A DNA stretch of 63,669 bases, counting the filler, from Pelomyxa schiedti (Eukaryota > Protista > Evosea): the NCBI GenBank assembly GCA_020536535.1. It is 5 parts of 5 records of this genome, joined end to end, with 100 filler letters (N's around TTAATTAATTAA, not from the genome) between each part and the next. Parts side by side here need not be neighbours in the genome. Positions count along the whole stretch, not along the records: positions 1 to 18,935 come from JAHLWZ010001113.1; positions 19,036 to 40,504 come from JAHLWZ010001072.1; 3 more parts are not named here. One strand, written 5' to 3'. This document shows positions 11,980 to 22,000 of this stretch, one piece after another (position 1 is the first letter of the stretch; each line of letters starts with the position of its first letter). Below the pieces are notes generated by a model. The model had not been told where the DNA came from. It made no database searches and was given only the letters and a program-made list of their open reading frames with translations. The position numbers were made by a program, and so were the translations under genes.

Positions 11980-13146
11980 CATATACCTGCCACAGGGGAA
12001 CATCCCTCACTATGTACCACAAAGGGGGTTTTGCTGCCACAATCTGGAAAGACCACAAGCTGGTTTATGTGCTCTCCAATGTGCACAATGAGATTCAACA
12101 GATGGTGGCTCAGAGTGTTCTTCCATGGTCTCTTTGGTATGGCTTTTTACTTTGTTTTGTCTTTGGTCCTGTTAATTTATTTTAATTTAATTGTTTATTT
12201 CGTTTTCTTTAGTCTTGTTTTAAAATAACACAATTGTGTTCTATTTCCTCATGGCAACTAAGGGCCAAATCCATGCTGACTTCTTTTTTTTTTTTTTCTT
12301 CTTCTGCAGCTCACATATGTTCAGGTGGTGGACCTGCTGACAATCTATTACAAAGGTACATTCCCTCTCCTTTTTCTTATCACCACTCAACAACAACAGG
12401 ACAATGGATGCCACTGACTAATGGAGTACAATACCAGGCTTTTTCTCTTGCACGTGTACACTCTGCCACGTTCCCAACTGAGGTAGGTCCCCTTGTCTTT
12501 CCTCTTTCCACAGAATTGGTCAATACTGTTGAGCTGTGTGTGTTTGCTTTTTCTTGGTATGTGCAATTCAAAGGAGTATGCATTGAGAGCTCATATAGAT
12601 TGAAAATTATGACTTGTTCACCTCTCAGTAATATTGATTATGGATATCCTAGCACAAGCAGTACTCTTGTTAATGCACAACATGGCAACTGTAGGTATTT
12701 TTACTTCTTCATAGCTTGCTTCTCACTCAAGCCAGTAGGAATTTGAGAATAACCTAATTCCTTTGTAATTTCCTGCTTGGTGAACTTATGCAAAGCTGGT
12801 CGTCTTGCTTTGATGTATTGCTGGCATGTTCACATTTCCCCAATTAGTATGTGTGTTACACTCACATCTTTCTACTAATGGATTTGTAGTATGTTCTTGT
12901 ACACACACTCAGTTCAGAAGGCCCTATGGAATGTGGTGGGGCAGGGGGGCTACAGCACCTACATTCAAAATGCAATTCCAAAACACCATCAACTGTGTTC
13001 AATGCAGTACCAAGGATGTCAACCTACCCCCATCCTCAGTGCTTAAATCAGTGTGTACAACTGAGAAGACCTTCAGTGGCAAGAGATAACACTGTCAGAC
13101 CAGCAGGTGAAGTATTGGCTACATGGTTTGGCACACTAGGGGTTAA
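11980..13146 (+). mobile_element. Degenerate piggyBac-like element (transposase fragments and putative right end)
   Basis: RGTSLTMYHKGGFAATIWKDHKLVYVLSNVH (W.D.+.V..LS..H motif, Trp at 12045), RWWLRVFFH (12100-12126), GG-DLADNLLQRY-like (about 12324-12360), a Cys-rich tail CVQCSTKDVNL..PQCL (about 12995-13055) and a terminal AGGGG-TTAA at 13138-13146. Left end not found. Confidence 0.65.
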
Positions 13147-13249
13147 AAGCCTATGCTGGAGGAGAGAATGGGGATTGTTGTGCAATACAGGTATTGGTCT
13201 GATGCATTTTTGATGGAAGTGCATCTGGGTGTTGAAGGAATTTGGTTGG

Positions 13250-13620
13250 TGCCATTTGAGTTTTGGGATGTGTACTACTAGTAGATACTCTTCCACTGGA
13301 AAGAAATTTGCATGCCATTCTCCAGTCCAGGAGACCTTGGTCTTGGGTTTAGTAGTTGCTTGAAGCCATGCACTTGTAAAAGTAGTTTGGGTGGTGTTAT
13401 TTGATTTCTGGGTCATAAACTTGTCATAGGTATGGAAAAAGTGACATGTGGCCAGTGAATAATATGCATCCATCTCCCTAGCTATGCTTCCTCTGATGCC
13501 GCAGAAGAACTTTTGGCCATCAGACTTGACGAGAACCGGTGTCTGATTCTGTATTGGGACTTGATGAACTGGAAGAATTTGGGTGCGAAATAAGGTAGAG
13601 TCGATAGAACTGAACACCAA
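13250..13620 (-). mobile_element. Merlin/ISXO2(IS1595)-like transposase remnant
   Basis: IDSTLF (IDES.F-like), GQKFFCGIRGS (GQWVFGGIERG-like), DAYYSL...FFH and TTQTTFTSAW (HTQTIE..W-like) occur in Merlin order. About 30 aa appear to be missing between motifs 2 and 3. Confidence 0.45.
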
Positions 13621-13924
13621 GCACAGCTTCCAAGGTGGGATCTAGCAACCAGTACCAATGATGAAGTGGTTCCACAATAGAATATCTTCTTTCATTTCAT
13701 TAAACATTTTCATGAACTAAGAGGAAGAAGAAGGAGACTCAGAAAAAGAAAAGAAAAATAATACCTTCAATGAAACCGGGAATGGAAATTTGCCCATTTT
13801 GTGACCAATCAACACTTGCAAATTCCATGGCAAGCACATTTCTCTTCTTTGTGCTTAGGTTCGCGTTCACAAAAAACCTGTTTGTGGGTACCTTCCTGAA
13901 ACTTCTTAGTGATTTGTTGGCAGT

Positions 13925-14344
13925 TCACCACCAATCGACTATCAACTCAAGAGGTGGTGCAGTAGCTACACCAGCTGCTCGCTTCCCCTTCTGGAAGATG
14001 GTTGAGAACGCCTGTAAGTTCCACAGAGGACTCCCTGAGGAGCAGAGCAAGTAGTGCTTCACTGGCAACTCGGGGCCCAGGTAAAACACACTGAAAGGAT
14101 GAGTGGGATTTTTTTCAAATGGTTGAATTACTTGCAAGAAGCCCTGTCCATCTCTCAAGTCCACAAAAGTCACACTCTTCTGTGTGCGGATGTGGTGAAC
14201 CCAGCCAAACACCCTCACTCTTTTTCCTTGCATCTTTCCACATTCTAGGATGTCAGCTCTGACGGCTGCAGGTTCAACAAGATCCTCAAACCTCATCTGT
14301 GCCATATCTCCCCAGTTCAACATGGTATGCGCTGTGTACATCAA
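13925..14344 (-). pseudogene. Asparaginyl-tRNA synthetase N-terminal OB-fold fragment, frameshifted and truncated
   Basis: GKRVRVFGWVHHIRTQKSVTFVDLRDGQGFLQ / intron 14091-14131 / CVLPG..RESSVELTGVL..LPEG. A +1 G at 13985-13988 shifts the frame before KRA..APPLELIVDWW, then TGA. No catalytic domain follows. Confidence 0.75.
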
Positions 14345-15102
14345 GGTCAGTACAAGAAGGGTTACAACGGGGATATAAACTTTAATGAGTTGAAAAGAGG
14401 GGAGGGTGCTGCCGTTGGGTTAGTCCATTTGAGGCTGGGTGCACGCCAACACCACATTGGACGTCCAACTGTTCCGCTGAAACAACCCCACCTTTGCCGC
14501 ACAATTCGACCAGTGACGCAGTGACAGTGGACACAACAGTGTCCCGAAAACGAGAGCGAATTCTTTCTTCGTAATGTAATTGCCAAGCAAGAGAGCAGCC
14601 CCATAGAAAATTTCTGGGGGGAGAAAAGTTGGTATTACGAAAACAGGGGTGCAGGAACAAACTGGGGCGACGCTGACATCCAAAAGGTTGTACTGCGACG
14701 GAGCCACCAGTTGCGGCGGGGCATGATTTGCACGGACGTCACAAGGGGGCATACTCGCCGCCTGCACTGTCCGAACCGACCACCCCCGAGGGTGGCGGTG
14801 GGACCCATCAGGTCGCAGTCGGTTATACACAGAGATAACCGACACAACAGCGGGGGGTGTGTTTTATGCCATATACACCTTGGACGTCCGGAAACCTGAC
14901 ACCCCGTCAGTGATGCACTCCCGATACCCGATACCCGATCCCAGCAGATCTTGGGTTTTTCTGCTTGTGTGTACTTTTTTTTTGGAAGAGTGATACGCAG
15001 GGCACTGCTGCCTGTGGTTGTCAGGTTGATGTACAAAAGGGGGTATTATAAGAGGAGGAACAAAATTGGGAAGTGCCAAGTTCGATTCTTCTAACAACAT
15101 CT

Positions 15103-15211
15103 GCGGGAAGACCTATCAGGTGTCGGTGACATCGCCGCGCTGCCGAGAGGGTCTCCCGCCGACGCGGCGGGAAGACCTATCAGGTGTCGGCAGCATCCCG
15201 CGCTGCCGAGA
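15103..15211. repeat. Two GC-rich direct repeats (about 45 bp, 64-bp period) in a CpG-rich intergenic island
   Basis: gcgggaagacctatcaggtgtcgg is exact at 15103 and 15167; each copy is followed by ..catc(g)ccgcgctgccgaga. Confidence 0.85.
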
Positions 15212-15779
15212 CCCGTTGCGAGATCCCGGCTCTCGGCGGCGCTATTTTCTTCCCGCGCCGTCTGCGACGCTCTCGCAGCCTGCGGCGCTCTTCTCGTCAA
15301 TTTTTTTCTGAGGTCTAATGTCTGTCGAACTTCTTTGTACTGAACGTCGGGTGGAAGACCATAAACCAGCTACCAAGGTAGCCAAGGCCGGCTAGTGTCC
15401 ATCACTTAATCCTTTTTTTTCTGCTGTTGATCACAAGAAGCAAAGGAAACATAAGAGAGCCCCTTGTAAATGCACAAAACACAACTACATTTTGATGAGC
15501 CGCAATTGTGTCAACACGTCATTGGTGGGTGCAGAAATGCTCGGCTGGCAGAGACTTACAGAAGTGGGGGAAGAGAACAGGCTCATGTCGTCACTCTCCT
15601 CCTGTGCGCCAAGGGAGTCAGCCTGATTCCACCAGCCATGTGTAAACACAGATCACGATGATACTGAGGTAGTGTGAGGAACTGAGGCATTCATAGCTAC
15701 ACGTTGAAAAGAATAACTGACTGTTCTCGGCAGCTGGTGGGATAGAACTTACCAGGTTCTGCGGGCGTCGCGGCTTACA

Positions 15780-18173
15780 TGGGAGTTTGTCCTCAGGCCG
15801 CTTGTGTTTCCCGTTGGTGGCGTGTGGCGCGTAGGCGACTGCGTCCGCGCGATGGCGCTGGCCGAGGCCCTTTTTCCGCTGGTGCCGCGCGCCTGCAACG
15901 CAGTTATGGGTGTCGGCGCCGTCGAGGAGGTTTGCCGCGAGGGGCCCGGCGTGGGAAGAACCACGAGGAAGGTGGTGGTGCCCACGTCGCGGTACTTTGG
16001 GCTGAGGTGCGCGGGTCTTGCAGGGAGCAAGAGGTGCGCGGAATGGATTGTGGGACACGCTGTCAGCAGGAGGAACAACACAAAGGAGTGCCTCACTGTG
16101 CTCAAAGGGCTATGTGCTGGTATGTGTATGTGTTGTGTGCTGATGATGCTATGCATTTTTCCAATGATTGAGGTGCTCACATGCTGCTACTCAGGAGGAC
16201 ACTTGGAGGTGGCACAAGAACTTGTTGATGGGAAGAGCTCTTGCTTCAGGTCACTGAGGTGGACACCAAATGCTCCAGACATGTTGTATTACATAAGGGA
16301 ACTGAGTGCAAACTGCAAGAGCCTGTTGTTTGAGGCATGTGAGGGTGGAAGCCTGGAAACTGTCAAGTGGGTGATGTCAAAGTTTCGAGTGGGCACTGAG
16401 GACTGGGAGCTCATCAGACCATTTCAATGTGCTGTGAGGCGGGGCCATGTTGACACTGTGAAATGGTTGGCATCCACCACTGGCGTCGTGGCTGCTTGCC
16501 AGAGGAGTTGTACTGTAAAGAACCTTCAGAAGACCGACTTCATTTTAAGTTCAAATGTGGAGGTTGTGAGGATGTGCACCACATGGTTCCCTGGAAAAAG
16601 GAAAGATGTATTGACCCGTGAAATCCTTTGTTCCTTCATGGAGTCAGCTTCACAAAAGAATGACACTGATTTTCAGGCAGGGTGTGAGTGGATCATGCCA
16701 AAACTTCTTGTTGAACAGGCTGGACACCTGTTGTTGCATTTAACGAGCCCAAGGGGTGTCAAGTGGCTTATGAGCAAAGACCCAGGTCTTACTCCCAGCA
16801 TGTGTACCTTCAAGATTGCTGACAAAGAACTTCTGAGATGGATGACTACAAAGTTCCCAGTCACCCCGCATTTCTTCATTTGTTCATGTGGAAATGAGAA
16901 CGATAGTGTTGAAATGATGCAGACTGTCCTAGGAATGACCACAAAATCACTTACACTCAATCATCTCCGAGAGGGCCTCGGCCAGGCACTTTCTGTCAAC
17001 AACATATCCATTGCTGAGTGGTTGGATAGCACATTCCATTTGGTGTCTTCTATGAAGTCAGGGAAGACAACCTCACTGTTTGTGCAAATCTGCAAAGGCC
17101 AGAATTGTTCTCGTGGCCTTCAATGGTTTCTTACTCATGTACAAGTGCAACATATCAGTGAAAATTTTGTGCATAGAGCTGTTGCCCTCAACCTCCATCA
17201 ATTTCATGAGCTGTCTGTGTTGTTGAATACCTTTCCAGTGGCTTTCAAAGAATTTGAAATACACTTGATCAAGTGTGCAACAGAAAGCTGGAGCCTCATG
17301 CAGACCATTGATATCGTTTCACGTTGTGCATTCCTCACAGAGCACATTTGTCAGGGCCTCTTAGACAGCAAAAGTGTGCAATCAGGTAAAGTGGTAAAGT
17401 GGCTCATCCAAGAATTACATCTGACTGAAGAACATGTCACACAGTGTGCAAACTACTTGCTGAACATCCTCATTCAAAACCACAAAACCGGAGCTGATGC
17501 GTGTGTTCCCAGAAATGACATGCACATTTGCCCAGGACCACTTCACACAGTTTGTGTTGGATTCACCACTTCACATCGCTGTCTCAATGCAAACCCTGGG
17601 ACTCACAATGGGGGAAGTGACAATGGAGATGGAAATGGAGAGGCGGTACCGCGATCTGATAAGCGAACACAAAATCCACACGATGTTGATTATTGGGCGT
17701 TTCAGAACAGAGAATGAGGGAACCACGAAGAAACCAGGAACCAAAAAGATCGACGAAGGAGGAGTGCGAGAGGCAGAACGACAGCAGGGAACAGCTGCAC
17801 CATACGTGGTAACTGGGGTATGTATGTTACGCTCACACACACAACTCTCACAATGTTTCTCTCTTTCAATCAGGAGCTTGCTTGTAAAGTAATGAAGACA
17901 GTTCACCTGAGGCACACTGTTATGTACGTGGATCCAAGTATAATGCGCAGTACACTGGAGGATGCAAGAAGGGCACTGGAAGGCCTTTTCCAAATTGCCT
18001 ACCCGGCAGCCAGTTCACAGGCCACTTTGACCACCGTCACCAAGTTCTGCACATTGTGCTGGGCAGTCGCTGGCGCTCTCCAGGCAATTTATTTTCAGTA
18101 CAAAGAACCACTTGAAGAATTTGTCAAGCTACAAGAAGCCGTTGTTGCCTCGTGCACCACTACAACCACTTGA
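15780..18173 (+). CDS. Ankyrin-repeat-like hypothetical protein of an expanded family; apparent frameshift near 17490
   Basis: 637-codon ORF with ankyrin-like units (CAG/GHLEVAQELV, ACEGGSLETVKWVM, AVRRGHVDTVKWLA, ALSVNNISIAEWL). Intron about 16120-16194. Coding-like sequence continues in another frame (ELMRVFPEM...) and in a last exon ending TGA 18171-18173. Start is uncertain. Confidence 0.55.
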
Positions 18174-18816
18174 CAGTGATCAATCCCATTCCCCCACCAC
18201 TCTCCATCAGTGAAATAATCCCCTTATTGAAAAGAATCCACTTTGCAATCAAGTCTTTTCTAGTTGTCACCAGTTTGTCTGTCCATAGCGTGACACACAA
18301 TTCAGTTTCAGCACCCTTTTCACAACAATCGGGTTCAACAACCCAACCGTTGTTTGGTTTTTTTGTTTTCTGATGATCAAAACGTGGCATGCAGGGCATG
18401 CAAGTCAGGTTTTTCTCGTTTTATTCTACTCCATACAAAGTCTCTTATTCCTGTGTCAATGGTGGAGGGAAGATACGGCGTGCAACAAGTCAACTCGCTC
18501 ACGTGACGTGCAGTGTTCAGAACACCACACAGGGGTTGTCTGATTCGGATTCCCACAATTGTGTTTACTTGACGATACTATACACGCATAGGATCTTGAT
18601 TTATTATTATTATAACTAGGTCTCAACAACACCAGGGAGTGCACAGTCACTCACTAAATTGCTCCATACGAGGCTGCAGTATCTTTTGTTCCTTTTCATT
18701 GTGATCAATTGGACTTCAGAATTGTTAGTAAACCCTGTATACAACGCGTTGTCCGTCCCATTCGTTTTTCCCTTCAAGGCAATCATTCTGCGAAACTGAT
18801 GATCTCTCCCTCGAGG

Positions 18817-18935
18817 ATGAGTCAGTTGGGGGAAGGATGGGTGATGGACAGCAACCACATCAACTTCGAGGAGCAGGTTGTGGCGTTGCTCACAGCGTCG
18901 CACCCTCGTTGCGGGAGGGACAGCGCGGCCGGGCT
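18817..18935 (+). CDS. 5' end of a hypothetical gene truncated by the linker
   Basis: MSQLGEGWVMDSNHINFEEQVVALLTASHPRCGRDSAAG is open into the gap and GC content rises as at other gene starts. Confidence 0.3.
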
Positions 18936-19035
18936 NNNNNNNNNNNNNNNNNNNNNNNNNNNNNNNNNNNNNNNNNNNNTTAATTAATTAANNNNNNNNN
19001 NNNNNNNNNNNNNNNNNNNNNNNNNNNNNNNNNNN
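18936..19035. other. Artificial contig linker N44-TTAATTAATTAA-N44
   Basis: Palindromic 12-mer with stops in all six frames at 18980-18991, centred in exactly 100 positions. Confidence 0.97.
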
Positions 19036-19075
19036 TTGTTTTCTGGAGTTACAAGCAAATTGTGAATTGGCAAGT

Positions 19076-22000
19076 TTAGTACTTGCTGGGCTTCTTATCA
19101 ATCACAGGCTGTTGGGTGAATTGCGTCACGGACTTGGCCTGGATGAACTGGGCTATTGAGGATTTGGGTGTTGCTGCCTTGCCTTTGACTTCAACCATCT
19201 TGCGTTTCCTGAGTCCAGCCATGGCAGCTGCATTTTGGCTGTTGTGTGTGAGGTACGGTTAGCAGGAGATGGTAGTAGGACAAGGGGGGAATTACCTGGC
19301 ACTTGAGCGGTCGCTGGCTTCAGTGACGTGGTGCAGGCTGCTTGTTTTCTGAAGCTCCTCCTCAAGTGTCCGCATTTCCCTGGCAACGGCCGCTGCTGCC
19401 TTGGCCGCATTCTTGGCCACCACGCGAGGAGGGGGTGGAGGAGGCGGCGGGGGCGGGGGGATTCCGGGCTTCCCCCCGGAAGGAGGTGGCGGAGGAGCCA
19501 TGAAGCGAGAGGGCGGGGGAGGCGGAGGCGGTGGTGGTGGGACGAGAGCTTGCTGGCGAATAGAAGGCGGCTCGGGCTTGGGTGGGGCAGTCAGTTCTTC
19601 GAGGGTCAGCCTTGCTTCTTTGGTGTGGGGGTGATCTGTTTCTTGTGTGAGAACAAGGGGGGAAGGAACCTTTGTCATAAGTGGGAGCGAATATTAACCT
19701 TTGCCAAAGAGCTGGGTGCGGATTTCAATGGCACGTTTGAGGTCTACCATGCCTTGCTCTTTTTTGTCCGTGACAAACATAAGAGCACCAACTCGAATTA
19801 ATATACTGCTCACTTGGAAGCTATTCTCTCCAAAAGTGTCAGAGAGAATTGAAAGTGCCCTGGGAAAAGGTGAGGCAAATCTTGGGGAGGCATTGTAATC
19901 ACCTCCTGCCACAGTCTTCAGCATTTGCATATCGCTCTTGGAGTGCGAAAAGTGTTAGCACGTTCTCCAAGGATTGTGCCACTGAGGAGTGATTTGGTCC
20001 AAGAGAAATTTCTCGAATTTCCAGTGCCATCTTTGTTTGGGTCAGACTCGAGATAGGGGGGGTTTTGGCAAGTATACGGTGAAACATTCTTCTGCGTCAT
20101 TGTACTGGTCCTGTTCCATGAATACACAACCCAACTTATTAAGTACCCATGCGACGTCTGGATGGTAGTACCCAAAAGTCTTTTCTTTAATCTTCAGTGC
20201 TCTCTGGTATTTTGATAAGAACGGTAAACAAAGAATAAGAAAAAGAAATATACCTTAAGATATTCTTCGGCCTTATCAAGATTTTTAGCTAACAAATCGC
20301 GTTCATAGTGATATAAAGCACCGATTGTGTAAGCCACATCAGCAGTCATATTATGATCAGGTCCTACTTGTGACTCACCTGTTCAATAGACTGGTGAAAT
20401 AAGGTGACTGAAACCTACACTCATACATATTCGTAAGGCACGCTCGAGAACCGGGTGAGCACTGGGACCTCTGCAAAGGGGTTAAAACACGTGTCAATTA
20501 ATGTTTACGTACTGGCAAAGGTCAACATAGAGGCTTCCCAAGCTGTTTAAGGTTGTAGCTACTTCAAGGTCATCTGGACCTTTCTCCTTCTCATAAATCA
20601 CAAGAAGATCCTTTAGCATGGACTCAGCTTTATCGCTCCTGTAGATGATTAGAAAGGACCAGAGAACTCAGTGCAGAGAAAAGAAGGAAACCTGTTAGTT
20701 ACGTGGTACAGTTGCGCCAGATATCGCTTCACTTTAGCAACTTCAAGAGGCATGGATGTTGCATTGTACAGCTCAACGGCCTTATTATACATAGCTTCTG
20801 CTCCCTTTATCTTAGACATCTCATCAAAGCATCGTCCAATCCTGGAAAAAAATGTTAAATTTAATTCAGGAATTGTAAGTGGTACTTGTAGCAGAAATCA
20901 GCAGGGATGATATCAGGGGGGAACAAACTCTTGGAGACGTTATCAACGAAGGAAGCGCATATGTCGAAGCCGGAAACATTGGTCTCACAGAGACGAACCC
21001 AATGGAACTGTATGTTATAAGAAACCCTAAGTTTTTAATCGGAATATTACCAAATCGAATTTGGTGGCAGGAGAATAAAGCCTTTCCAGGACAATCGGGT
21101 CAGTTAAAAGAGAAATCAATTTAGGCCACTCTTCGGCCATCTCTATTTGATATGGAAGTTCTTCCAACTGTTTCGAATTAACAGAAAAATAGAATGTACT
21201 TATTAAGTATGAGTATTTGTACCTTTCTGTCAGTGAGGCCTTGGATCGTGGAGAAGAACGTTACAAGCTTGTTATGGAATTGAGTTTTAATTGCCTTGTC
21301 CCAAAGGAAGACAGATTTTGCAGCCTTGGCAATATCCTCATTTGCAAAACTTAGCACACCTCGTGAAGAGATGAAGAGCTCTTCAATGACAACAAAGAGT
21401 GGTGACCTGTAAAGGTAATCACTCAAAAATCCATGCCCCTTTGAAAGAAAACCATTCTTCAGCTGTTATCCCACTCTGCTCAAGCAAATTCGAAACTTCA
21501 TTTTCCAAGTCCAGGCCTCGTCGGGATGCACCAATATAAGACATGAAAATTTTCACTATCCCTTTTTTTGCTGGATCATAGTCAGCTTCAAGTCTGTTGA
21601 GGAGTAGTTCATAGAGCTTGGATGTGTTCTTTGCTGCTAGACACTGTTTGATGCGATTATCTAGTGATTCATGGTCCCCAAACACTGCTATATCATCCAG
21701 AAGTGTTTGTAAGAACCTGAAAATTTAAGATACAGCCAGTAGAAAATTTCTGAGATTCAAACCTGGGATTGGCTGTTTGACCTGCAGAGGCGATCGTAAA
21801 TTCTTGTGGGTCGGATAATTTTTTAGCTCGTTGGCTCAAATACATTCTGACAAATGATTTGCGTTCTGCCTCTTCCAAAAGAGCAAGTTCAAGCGTTGGG
21901 CAGTTGCGCTTCTATAGAGCGAAGAATCTGATTAGATAAAGCTATTATTGAAAGCTACTCTACTTTGAGGGTGTGAACTATTCTCTGTACGGGTGCAGTG

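Noticed and set aside
11971-12228. PQSGKTT as a P-loop NTPase motif
   Set aside because: No Walker B or fold context; the overlapping frame gives a much better piggyBac motif (WKDHKLVYVLSNVH).
14420-14845. Small minus-strand gene, briefly considered ribosomal protein S29-like (GRFGQCRR)
   Set aside because: The CxxC...CRQCF pattern of S29 is absent; no supported product or exon chain.
15103-15211. CRISPR-like repeat-spacer-repeat (24-bp repeat, 40-bp gap)
   Set aside because: Only two units, the sequence after each repeat is itself similar, no cas genes, and the context is eukaryotic.
18980-18991. TTAATTAATTAA as a piggyBac target site or regulatory palindrome
   Set aside because: It sits centred in N runs and recurs identically four times; it is an assembly linker.
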